This document shows, in pieces, positions 38,887 through 51,179 of a stretch of 64,000 nucleotides of DNA (within the stretch, counting starts at the first letter, position 1; the number at the start of each line of letters is the position of its first letter). A program made the position numbers and the translations under genes. Source of the DNA: Cercozoa sp. M6MM. Its lineage: Eukaryota; Protista; Endomyxa: Ascetosporea. The stretch lies in assembly GCA_040357565.1 (NCBI GenBank), contig JBDODJ010000056.1; one strand, given 5' to 3'. The notes below the pieces were generated by a model, which was not told the DNA's origin, did not search any database, and saw only the letters and a program-made list of their open reading frames with translations.

Positions 38887-41469
38887 AGGGTTACAAATAC
38901 TGCTCCTCCGAAGCCGTGGGTGTAAGGATTCGCGGACTCCATTGCCATTTGCGTTGATCCAGCATGTGTGCAAGCGAAGTGCGTTCTAGGAGCCAAAAAC
39001 GTTGCTCAGTCAGATACCCATCAAACCATTCAGCGAACTGTAAAAAGTTAAATTTTACTTCTCAGTCTGGACGAGGCGGCGCACAGCGCTGGAAGCAAGC
39101 ACAGTGCGATTAAGGCAACTTGCATTACTGCCAAAGCTTTCTCCTAATACCGTACCAGATGTCTGTCCCTGAGAGTCCCGGTTGCTGTTTAAAGCAAGCC
39201 TGCTTAAAAAGCCGAATTTTTTCTTGCGCCAAGCCATGCCAGCGAAGCGTGCCATGGGTGATCCTCAATTTTATTTGTAAGATGTCGCCTATGTCGCCGA
39301 CTGAACCAGTTAGTGTGATTGAAAACGTTCGTGCTTCGCTCGCACGTGCGAGTGTGTTCGGTCTTTGGTGTCCGTCCTCAGTTTCCTTTTCGCCCGTACG
39401 AACAGGAAGTTGTTTTCAACCCTGGTCGTGGCTCTACGATGTAGTCCTGGGCGTATCGATCCACTTAATTTGCAACCGGCACGACGTTCAACGAAGCGCA
39501 TTGACTGCACTTGCCATCAAAAATGCGCTCGGAGCTGTGATGGAGCTATCTGAGACTTGTGTCTGCATCTGATTGTTAAACCGGGTATGCCTCCTGGTGC
39601 CTAAAGGCTGTGCTACTGGTGTCTAAAGGCTGTTGACTACTTCTGAACGACGGGGTTCTCGAACTTCGTGATCCTCAAGTCCAGAGAACTCCTGGTGCCG
39701 ACGTACCGATGTGCACGCACGTCACACGTGCATGCAGATGTTCTAGGACGCAGTTTTCGGATTAAACGAAAACAGCTGCCGAAACCCTGTTGCAAAGGAA
39801 GGAAGCAGAGAAGTTCGATACTGTGAAAGCCCGAAAAATACGCAACTGTTGCAGTTTGTCGAAACCCGCCACCGACGTTTGGAGAACGAGGTTCGCAAAA
39901 AAGCAACTGAGTTTTCTTTCCAAATTGGACAAAACTTCCGGTGGTGCGCGCACAGCTCAAGGGCTCTTGCCGCAACTACGGAATCGATTACGCCGAGAGA
40001 CGGTCACCTCGTGGAGAAAACGTCGCATGCAGCTTCTAATTGCCGGGACTTTGTGAAAGGAATGGGAACTCGATTGATTTGACGAACTGTTTTTGCGAGT
40101 CCTTGGGACCGAAATGGGCAAAACCAGGCCTCAGTGCCAGGCAACGGTCGAGCTGAAGAAGTGCAACACTCCCCTGAACCCTTCTATCACACAACGTTGA
40201 CATGGCGAAGTCTCCACTCCGAGGTCGACGGTTTCGTGTACGCGTCGGAGGTGAGGAGAAAACCATCTTTTGGTTTCTGCCGCCGGCAAGTTCCTTGAAT
40301 TTGCCGGATCGGTGAACTTTTTAAGCTATCCGTTGCTATCGACAACGGCAACACGCATTAAACTTAAGATAATGGGAGATTTCGCCTTGGTCAAAATGTC
40401 CGCCCGGACACTTAATAGCGGAGTCAGGCGTAAAACTTGAAAGAACACGAGTCCGTCATTCAGTTGAATGTCGTACTGTACCTGTCCATAAGAACGACTT
40501 GAAGTTTGATTCGCCCCAAGTAGCAGGCGACCTAACTACTGGCGCGAACTTGCCTGGCTGCGACCACAGATCAATTTTGTTTTCAAAGTTTGCGCCTGAA
40601 AACTCAATGCATCGGGTGCGGCGCGGCCCTGCTCTGTACATCGCTTCAAACAGCATAGACGCAAGGATTAAACAGGAGCATGAATATAGGGCTCATCGAA
40701 AGCAGGTAAACTGTACATATAGGGATACAGTCAACGGAATATGCTAAAGTTGTAACTGGTAGCTTCTTCACGTCCGAGCAATGGTCGACGACAAGCTTCC
40801 TGAGTCTTTCTTGACGCTGTCGAGCCAGACGAAACGACACAAACTTCCTTCGGTCTGGCACTCGTTGAAACCGCGGGCAAGAAATAGAAGCTTGCGCTCT
40901 CCGATTTCGAGCCGTCTTCTCCGTTCAATCCATACCGCTTCTTCACCAACTCTCATATCATCGACAGACGGCGAATTCCCTGTTATTGAAACATCACACA
41001 GCGTAAGTTCCTTCCTAAACAAGCGTCCTTTTTCTGCTCGAGAAGCACGCGAACGACCACCAAGCCACGACTTGCGGAAAAGCTCGCTTTATCACGGCAT
41101 CGTTGAGCTCGGCATGGACGCCAGCGCGACGAAGGATACGGCAGGACGTCCCACAGCGATGAATGTTGTGATTCGACCCAGTGGCAGTCGACACGAGGTA
41201 CCGAGGGTGATTGTCGCCGTCTCGCTTGAAAATTCAGGTTCGCTTCGCTTTGACGTTGAGCGGATGGTAGGTTGTCTGCACCCCAGTGCATAAATGTATG
41301 ATGGACAGTGTTTTTCCGAAATGATAGTCGACTGGCGAGAAGGATAGGTTTCTCCTCAGAATGCGCGATGTCATTAGCGTCGACACCAAACTAAATTTAA
41401 ATGAAACAGAGCTACGAAAACTGTGTGTTTTCACTTCTTTAGCCTCGCTTTTGGGGTGGGGGTTGGAAC

Positions 41470-41519
<50 letters not shown>

Positions 41520-42180
41520 ACAAGCAGGGCAGAGCTACTTGCAAGGTCCCTTGAGTGGCCCAATGGAGAAACAACGTGCACTCTGCATTTAAAGGTAGTA
41601 AATAATGCTATGGCAGTGCGTCTATTGCTAGCTTGCATTCACTTCTCTGTCTGCATTACATGCGTAGCGTCAGATAGAGCTTCGCGACATTCAAATCAAT
41701 AGATCTGATTCACCTTTCTGCAATCTCAGCTACTTCAAAGAGTCTTTCGCGCCGAAGGCGGGCAATATCTGGGAACTCTTGACGCGAAACGAAGAATTCG
41801 TCAATGGATACTTGGCACAACTGCTATCTGACAGTGCAAGGGCACTTGTTGATGTAGAAGCCACACTTTTAAAGTCACGTAAAACTCGAGGTGACTACTC
41901 GTGACTTTCACGCTGCCAGCGTTGCTACAACTGCACACTGACTGTTTCGCAGTGTGACTGTTCGCACTGCGACTTCGTTGCTGTTCGCAGCGCGTTTGAA
42001 ATACTAGACATGCAATCTCGAAGGGCGATGACTGCTGAAGTTGGGAAATGAAACGCCACGCCGCGAACGACTCGCAATGGCGGTGGGTGCTCCAACCAAC
42101 TGACAGTTTCGACACCATGGCTACCTGAATGCCTAGAATTTGAAACAACCGAACTCAAATTCAAATACTTAGTTCAGTTG
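38719..42180 (+). CDS. Hypothetical multi-exon gene(s)
   Basis: MSRRKRDPQEEF then a (TG)n intron ending gtgcag; further exon-like ORFs 39790-40056, 40499-40747, 40781-41293; unity uncertain. Confidence 0.3.
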
Positions 42181-42489
42181 CGTTAGCTACAGTTCAGTTT
42201 TTAATGATTCGGATCGGCCCGGTCTGGTTGGGCGACTCACGGCAGTGGCCGGGCAATTGCCCCGCGCAGACTGTGCCCAGGCCACTTCCGTTCAGTTCGC
42301 ACTAGAATTAGACACTGAAGTACGACGCACCCGGTCATGCGTTCGTGAAATCGATCGATCGGCTCGTTTGCCTCAGCCCCTTAAGATGACAGAGCGCACT
42401 CAAGTACGGTACATACCGTACGGTACGCGACGTAACGGAACTTGAAACGAACGGAAACAAAACCCGACTGATTGGCATGCGACGGCTCG

Positions 42490-43083
42490 TCACTCATCGT
42501 CGCTTTCGAGGTCCTCCAATGAAACAAAGTCGCCAAATGCCTCAATGGTCTCGGAATCCTCCTTCTTTACCGCCACTTCGCTCGTACCCGACTGCAGCTT
42601 CTGCTCGCTTGCGTCGGTCTTGTCGCGCACGGCCTCCAACTTCTGGATACGCACGTGGGCGAGCATGCACCTCCTGTGGTGACGCAGTGCCGCCTTGTGC
42701 ACCTGCTTCACCGTCGCCGACATCCACAACTGTCGGAACATTACGCGACGTTTGGCGACAGTGCCGATACTTGCAACACTCGACGTGATCACATCGCTCT
42801 GATCCCGCGGCATGCGAATGATGCACAAGCCCGTCTCGGCGTTGTAGTACTTGACTGCACAGGAAGCACAATACGGTATCGCATATCGCACAGAATACTT
42901 CATATTCGCGGATCATGTACCATGTGTGTGTCGTTTCAGCAAACCCCATGGAAACTGCCCATACTGCCGTACGACCTGCGCTCGTACGACGTCATAAACG
43001 TGCTTGCTGGTCCTGAAAGTCGACTGAAGAGGATCCTCCCATGAGATCTGATAGAGAACGTAGCGATTCTTGAATCGCACCAT
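42490..43083 (-). CDS. POP5: RNase P/MRP subunit POP5
   Basis: MVRFKNRYVL, VKYYNAETGLCIIRMPRD, LWMSATVKQVHKAA. Confidence 0.88.
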
Positions 43084-43392
43084 CACAGAATTCTGTCACA
43101 CCAGCGCACAGCACAACGCGCTAGTGCTTTCTGAGCAATACATAAACTTCGGCTCAGCTCTCGAGCCGGAAGGAAGCCACTCTTTACTGCCCATCTTTTG
43201 CCCGATCGCCGTTGTTAGAGTGCCTGCCCTTGTCAAACGCATCGTATACATTGATTTGCCGCACTTGGTACTAAATTTAACCTTATTTGAGCTAGCAGCA
43301 TGCAGTTTGGGTGGAATCGCGGCTTTCCTCATGCAAAAACTCTCGCAGAGCTTTCGACCTAATATATTCGTACATGTCGTATCTTCAGAATC

Positions 43393-45522
43393 ATGGTGCT
43401 TTCGAAACCGCTGCGATCGGCACTAAGCGCCAACAAGCCGCTGGTACGCATTCTGTTGAGTCTACCGATGTATTATTCACTTTTCCGTATGACCAGTTGA
43501 TTTCGCTCGTGGCTCTTGGTGTGGCTGCCAAGCTGCTCAATGAACGCGCGGATCGACAGATGCGGCAGACGCGACGTAAGGAGGCCGCGCACGCTGACTC
43601 GCTCATTCACGAAGGCGAGAGCGAGGAGAATCGCAAGCGAAAGGGACGCGTCGACAAGCGCTTCTGGAAACGCGTTCGGAAGCTGCTTCGGTACAAAGAT
43701 ATGTGATGTTTTAAACTGAGGTTAACACGTGTGCATCTTCATGTGTGTACGAGCAGACTGTGCATTCGCAAGCGCGAAATCGCGTTGCTGGGAACGCTTT
43801 CGGCCATCCTCGTGTTGCGAACCTTGTCAGTTTTGTCTTTCTTCCTTCCCTTGCTTGTTTTTCTCTTTGTTATGCTGCTTTCGTCTGTTTTTTTCCAGCC
43901 TGTCGATCAAGATTTCTGACGTCAATGGCTCCATCGTCAAGTCGATCGTAGACCGCGACTTTGCTGCCTTCCTGCGCAAGCTCGGTTCGTTGGTCTATCA
44001 GTTTTTATGTTGCATCAGTTCTGATGGACCGCAGGCGTTCTGGCGACGCTGGCCGTGCCTTCCTCCACTGTGTACTGTATTCCCTTTTCGTCCTCTACTT
44101 TTGATGTGCGTGTGCGTGTGGGTGCAGTAACTCGGCACTCAAGTACCTCAACAACACGATCGCACTCAGTTTGCGCCGTCGTCTGACCGAGCACTACACG
44201 CGTACCGCGCCCACGCTTTCTGCGCTGCCTATATCTAAGTGTGTATGTGCACGTGTATGTGTCACATGTAGGTCGCTACATGGAAGGGAACGTATTCTAC
44301 CAGGTGACCAATGTCGACGCACGCATCGCGAATCCCGATCAGGCTCTCACGCAAACTATTAAGGGTGTGCTTTGTCATGTTGACTACCTACCTCTGTTGT
44401 GCATGCATGTATGTGTGCGAACAGAGTGGTCAATGGCAGCAGCCACACTGTACAGCGACGTGTCCAAGCCGCTGCTGGACATTGTGCTGTTCTCGCTGCG
44501 ACTGCGCGAACTCATGGGCTGGCAGGGACCCGGCGCCGTCGTGCTCTACTACATCGTTAGTGGTACACTACTCGTCTTGCGGCAAGTCGCCTCACACACA
44601 CAGATAGGTGGTGTATCCATTGTGCACAGGCATGCTGCTGCGCCTGTTGTCGCCTTCATTCGGTCGTCTGCACGCTCGCACGCAGCAGGTGCCTTGTGTG
44701 CAACCCCGATAAGCAACTGTGGGGCCTGTGTACATCTCGAGTTGAGCAGCTTGAGGGTGAATTGCGTCATGCGAACCACTCGGTCATCACCTCTGCCGAA
44801 CAGGTAGACACCGTTGTCCTTTTATTCCCTCTGTTCCGGTACCGTTTGGGGGGTGCTGTAGATCGCGTTCTACGGCGGCGGCAAGTGGGAGCTCGGCCTC
44901 TTGCTACGAAAGCTGCGCAAGGTACTCCAACATAAGTCAAGAAAAATGGTGACTTGACAAGGAATATGATTGATTCCTCTGTTGCAGGTTGTCTCGCATC
45001 TGCGCTACCTTTTCGCCAAGCAATTCTGGACCGGTATCTCGGTACTGCTGTCTGTGTTCTATGTGCAATGCGTGAAATGCGTATGTGTCATTACCTCCTT
45101 GGTAGGACGGTATGCTGGTCAAGTACGGCAGCACGCTGACAGGCTACGCTGTGCTTGGACTGCCCGTGTTCGGTCGTGGCAAGGAGCAGGTGCAGTGTCT
45201 TTCCTCTTCGTTCTTATCTTCCTGCAGTAGACTCTGTGTATGACAGTACCTTAAGGAGGTTGGCGGTGACCAGTCGCGCATCACGCAGGATTACATTCGC
45301 AACAGTTCGCTCCTCATCAACCTGGGTATACACTACACTTTGTTGTTCCTGTCACTGTACAACTATCCTATGTATATGTGCCACAGCCAAGGCAATCGGA
45401 CGCATCGTGGTCTCATACAAGCAACTGCAGCAACTGGCTGGCTACACCTCCTTGGTGTCCGACCTCGATGCCGTACTCTTGCTCTCTTCTGAAAACTGTT
45501 CTGTCTGTAGTGTGTGTGTGTA

Positions 45523-45599
<77 letters not shown>

Positions 45600-45609
45600 N
45601 NNNNNNNNN

Positions 45610-45657
<48 letters not shown>

Positions 45658-47015
45658 CCATAGACTCTGGAGGACCTGTCACAAGGCCGATACAAGCGTC
45701 AGATGGTCGACTCAACGAAATTGAAGGAGCGTGGTCTCGCTCCCGGCACTGGCACTGGTGCATACCCTTATACTCCTCTAGTCGTTTACACCCATATCCA
45801 TACTCCAATACCCCGATTCTTATTCTCTAGTCATCGATGCCGAGCACATCCGCTTCAGCGACGTGCCGATTGTCACGCCAAACGGCGACATCCTAGTACC
45901 TTTTTGCCTGTTCCACTCCAGCTCAATCAAGGCACGTGTGTGTGTATGTGTGTGTGTGTATGTGTGTGTGTGTGTGTTCAACAGGTGAACGAGCTCAACT
46001 TGACGATTGAGAGGCGCGAGAACCTCTTCATTCGCGGACCCAACGGCTGTGGCAAGTCGTCGCTCTTCCGGTATAATCCCCTACACTCACACCTGGCACA
46101 AGCATGGTGTGTGTGTGTACGTACAGCACGCTGTCGCAGCTGTGGCCGCAGTTCGGTGGTGTACTGGAACGACCCACCGGCAGTAGCATCTTCTACATCC
46201 CGCAGCAGCCCGTATACCCCTTCTATAATCGAATGGACACGCGCATGTCCTCACAGTATCTTTGCTGTTTGTGCAGTACCTGCCGCTGGGTACACTGCGC
46301 GACCAGGTGATCTACCCGGACACGGTGGCTACGATGAAGTGCTCCGACGATGAGCTGCTGCAGCTGCTCAAGATCGCCAAACTTGAGTATTTGGTAGTCT
46401 TGGACACACACGCACACCCTACCCCACGCATTCAACATGACTGCTTGTAATTGTGAGTAGGTCCCTCGCGAGGGTGGCTGGGATGCCGTTGCATCGTGGC
46501 AGGTGCGCCTATCCCAATGTGCACACTTTTGTTGTTATCTTTTACCCAAACAGGACCGTCTGAGTGGCGGAGAGAAACAACGCATCGCAATGGCTCGTTT
46601 GGTAGTGTCTTTACCCCCCTCTGTGATTTCCCTCGATACCTCGGTCCCGTAGTTCTACCACAAGCCGCACTTTGCGATCCTGGACGAGTGCACCAGCGCC
46701 GTGTCTGTCGACGTTGAGCACAACCTGGTACGAGCCACCCTGTTTGAAATGCTTGGCAGTGCTATGTGTATGCGAGTTGCAGTACTCGACGGCGAGGGAA
46801 ATGGGCATGTCGCTTATCACGATCTCGCACCGTCCGTCGCTGTGGAAGTACCACGAGCGTGTGCTCGACATGTACCGCCCTTTTAATTTAAAACCCTCGG
46901 TCTTTGCTTACTGTTGTGCCTTATTTTGTGACTACACAGGGACGGCCGTGGCGGCTGGAAAGTCTCCAAGATGGTGCTCCCCGAAGGCTACGGCAAGGAC
47001 GCTTCCGTCCCGTAG
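43393..47015 (+). CDS. Peroxisomal ABC half-transporter, ABCD family (PMP70-like), ~24 introns
   Basis: [22 protein letters not shown]|[21 protein letters not shown], Walker [27 protein letters not shown]|[35 protein letters not shown]. Confidence 0.96.
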
Positions 47016-47262
47016 CGCATTTTAATGCAATTGACGCGAGTGAGAGCAGGCTGTTGGATACGACTCGATAAGTATAGTAGTGCCGTCATGGTACCTTTAT
47101 CAGTTACAATTGCTGCGCCATGTGGTCACGTCACGCAGCATGACTGATCAATACAATTATGTAGTTAGTTTGTTGAGGTGTTTTTTTACGATCCGATCGA
47201 TCAGCTCGTGCACACGTCGTGTTTCTGTACAGTACTTTGTAACAAGCGTAGGAGCGTGTGCA

Positions 47263-49158
47263 ATGCTTAGAGTGTACCAGACCGTCGGTCTGTGCGGGAT
47301 TTGTGTTCGCGCGGTGAGTTCGACTCGATCATCCGGAGTTCAAAATGTGCAGTCTCGACATTGTATTTATACGCCCATTTAGGTCAAGGCCTTCGTCGTT
47401 GCGAGTGGCTTAGAATGTCAATTTCTTGCTGTTGACTTGCAGGTGCTTGTTGTGCTTAAATGTATCAGTGAGTTTGATCGATGTCCCATAGCGAGCTGAG
47501 AACTTGCACCCCGACTTTCTTCGCATCAACCCGAAAGGACAAGTTCCAGTGCTGGTGGATGGGAATTTTGTGCTGTACGTTTTCTTTTGGTTTTATGCGC
47601 GAAAGTTTACCATGACACACTTTACCCCCCCCCCCCCCCCATTTTTGCGTAGCACGGAATCAAACGCGATAATTCGCTACCTGGGGCGAAAGTTCCGAAG
47701 CCCTCTCGATCCAACAGATCCCGTAATTTTTCACGTTGTCTCGACTCATCGTCCGTTCGCGGATACGAACATAACTTTTTCTGTGTAGATCGTTGCTGCA
47801 CGCGCCGATGAAGTGCACGAGTTCCTTCGGGAGAACCTCGTGCCGCCTCTGCAGGATTACATTTCTCTCACTATCTATGCGCCTGCTTTCAAGCACGTAA
47901 GCGTTGTGATGGTTGACTATACACCGGCGTGGGCGCCTGTGCATACATGTTTTGCAGGCGCTGCACATTGATGAAGTGCGCGTGGCCGCCAAGAAGGAAG
48001 ACCTCAGGCAGCGCGTTTACGTACTCTAACCCCATTATAGGTATCTAACGTTCTCTTACTAGTATAATTGTGAGCAGAAATGCCTGGATCACCTAGAACA
48101 GCTCTACTTTCCCACCGGGTCCGTATTTCTATGTTTTAATTTCGTTCTGTCGTGCACTTCATCGATGCGCTTTGTTCTGCAGAGGCAACGTGTTGGGTCC
48201 ACACGCTACTTACGTTGACACGACACTGTTTGCCGCACTCGAATCGGTACCTTGTCTGCACAGCATGCGGGATGCGTACCTTCATATACCATGTGTAGTG
48301 GTTGATTCTAGACCTGCCAAGTCTCGAGTCGCATCCCAAAATCTATAGATGGTTACAACACATGCGTCAGAATGACTCGATGAAACGCGCGCTTGCTGAG
48401 GTATCCTGTGTATCTAACTGTACAAGCACGTTTTCAAACTTTCATTTGCTGTTCAGTTCTATGGCTTTGCGGAATGTGTCCGATCGAAACTGAACTCACT
48501 GCAAAATGACGGGAACTACGATATCTGCGTACATAACCTATTTCATGTAGTAGTTGGGCTCATCAGATCTGTGTTAAAACAGTACCGAATGCCTCCAAAA
48601 ACAACACCGCCGTGTCAGAGGCAAGCTGAACGAACTCCAGTGCGACACGTGGTACGATAGGCTCTCTCACTTCATGGACACATAACTTTACGCGTGGCTA
48701 ACGTATCGACAAGCTTGTAGGTTGTGCCGACGGGCAACTTGCCGCAAGTTGTGCAACAGATGACGCGAGTGCAGTTGCAGCCGATGGAATCGCATGACCA
48801 ACCGCGATTGTCAATGAGCCAAGTATCTCTACCCTACGCCGACACAATATCAGCAAACTTGACAGCATTTTGAGTCCATTTTCTTTTCTTTTGCGCATAG
48901 GTGATGCACCAGCAGTTGGCTGGGACTCCCCGAACGACGCCAGACCGTGACAACATGGCTGACGGCGGCGCCGACCTTATCGTGCAACAGCAGCGGTTTA
49001 ACGAAGATACCTTGTTGTCGGCGATTCCACCAACAGTGCCGCTGGACAGCGATTCTAACTTCTTCGACACGGGTGGCTTGCTGCTGGACTCCACGCCTTG
49101 GCAGGAGTTCACGCAAAACGACGCCAGCGACGGTTTCGACTCGGACGTTGGTTCCTGA
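47263..49158 (+). CDS. Glutathione S-transferase (theta-like fold) with CGIC motif and long C-terminal extension
   Basis: MLRVYQTVGLCGICVRA|VKAF, FLRINPKGQVPVLVDGNFVL|TESNAIIRYL, DLPSLESHPKIYRWLQHM; phase-0 exons continue to TGA 49158 (extension less certain). Confidence 0.85.
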
Positions 49159-49355
49159 GCGTGCTACGGTGGTGTTTTAGGCAAGCGCGCAGCATCGATT
49201 CTCCCCCCGCACTGCCATGTCCTGGCGGTCGACCGACAACGCAGGCAACCAACTGACGTGAATGTCCGGTCGAATTTACGTTAGAATTGACGCGAACAAA
49301 TTATAGATAAACGAAAACTTTACGTTAGGTCATGATCAGTTTGTTCTTGATTTTC

Positions 49356-51179
49356 CGCCATTCAAGGCACCACATCAGACACCCTCCCAGATGAGGCCAA
49401 ACAACTGCTACTGAAGGTCTACAATGCCTGTCTCACACATGGGTACTTCCCGAAGGCATGGAAACATGCAACTAAATTTATAGTGATGCTACCCAAGCCT
49501 GGCAAGGACCGTACAAAGGCAGCGTCCTACCGATCCATCTCGCTGCTGCCGTGCCTCGGCAAGCTACTGGACAAACTCATGAACAAGAGAGCATCCCAAC
49601 AAATGAACACACAGTATGTATCCAAGTACCAATCTGGGTGGAAACACACATGTCAACGCTGGACACACTGGCTTACATAAACTTACAACAACAGGCAGAA
49701 ATGGCAAAGAGAACAGGTGAGTACATGACAGTCATTAGTCTAGACATCAAAGGCTTCTTCGACAAGCTCCGCAAAGAGGGCGCAATCATTGCCCTGTCCA
49801 AACATGTGAATGGCAAAGAACTGCTACTCATGGAATCCTTCCTCTCAGACAGAACCATCTCGGTGAGAAGAAACGACACCGAATCAACGGACAAACAAGT
49901 CAACGGCAGTACTCCCCAAGGGTCATCTGCTGCCCTCTACTCGCAAAGACCTTCCTCGATGACATGCACATACAACTGCAAAGAACAGGAGAACACATGA
50001 AACGACACCCCCGTAACTATAAAATTAAAGGAGCAGTAACCACTGCACACAGTGTCGGATACGCCGATGACTCATACGTCATAGTAAGGACAACAAAGAG
50101 ATCAGACATGCAGGAAGCGTGTAAGCGCTTCCTGGACACTGCCACCAACTGGGCAAAACGCAACGGCATGGAATTCGCACCCACAAAGACTCAGTTCATC
50201 CAAATAGGAAAGAAGACAATCAGAGACTTCAAATCAGAATGAAAACACTGTCCCACGACAACGAGAGAGAAGACATCGAGCAAGTAGACAAAATGAGAGT
50301 TCTAGGTCTCCTCATAGACAGAAACCTGTCGTACGAGGCACACGCAGAGCAACTACACCACAAAATCACTCGGAGGGTCAACACACTGAAAATACTGATA
50401 TACACAAGGTCTGGACTCACACAATACCTAGCGGTACAGATATACAAAGCGTGGATACTGTCATGCGCTCGATACGGCATCGCGCTCTGGTGGCACAAAA
50501 TTGGCAGCACAAAATGGAGGAGAAAACTCGAAACAACACAACGCACCGCCCTGAGGATATGCATGAGACTACCCACGAGCTCTCCTAATGAGGCAGTGTA
50601 CACCATCACCGACACAGGAACAATCGGAGAGATGGCAGAACGGGCAGAAGCGACAGAACTAATCAATCACTACGCTAAAGAGAGCACACTGTGTCTACAA
50701 ACTGAAACAGCAACAACAAAGAACCACAACGCCTTCTCAGAAGGGCCAGAGTCAGAGCTCTACAGAAGACACACATCAGAACCCCGTGGAAACATATCAA
50801 GAACTCAAACAACTGCTCAGAATAGCCAAAGAGCGCAAACTCAGCATCGCAGACATCCGCACCTTTGAAGATTCTCTGCAACAGACTTGGAAGCCTCAAG
50901 TACTACAACTATGTCCGTTTGTCTGTTTCGTTTAGGTATCGAGTAGAGAGACGGGAGGACGACGATGGGACGACCCGACACCGCCTGCGACGCCTCTCTA
51001 CTTGTAGCCCGCTACCTGCACCAACCATGAAGTCGACTTCGGTGTCTGGGAAACGTCAAAAGGGAGTTGTATGGTCTACCCTAAGCGGGCGGTAGACGCG
51101 GCCATGCTCTTGCGACCCACCCCAGACTCGTGCAGGGGAACTACATAGTTGGTTTCCTAGAAGACTCAACTAACTAACT
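49356..51179 (+). mobile_element. Non-LTR retrotransposon copy 2, 5'-truncated, frameshifted RT, with 13-bp TSD
   Basis: LPKPGKD..SYRSISLLPCLGKL, ISLDIKGFFD, TPQGS, GYADD; (AACT)n tail; GTTCTTGATTTTC at 49343-49355 and 51182-51194. Confidence 0.95.

Noticed and set aside
39594-39633. 22-bp tandem duplication CTGGTGYCTAAAGGCTGT
   Set aside because: Two copies only; ordinary slippage
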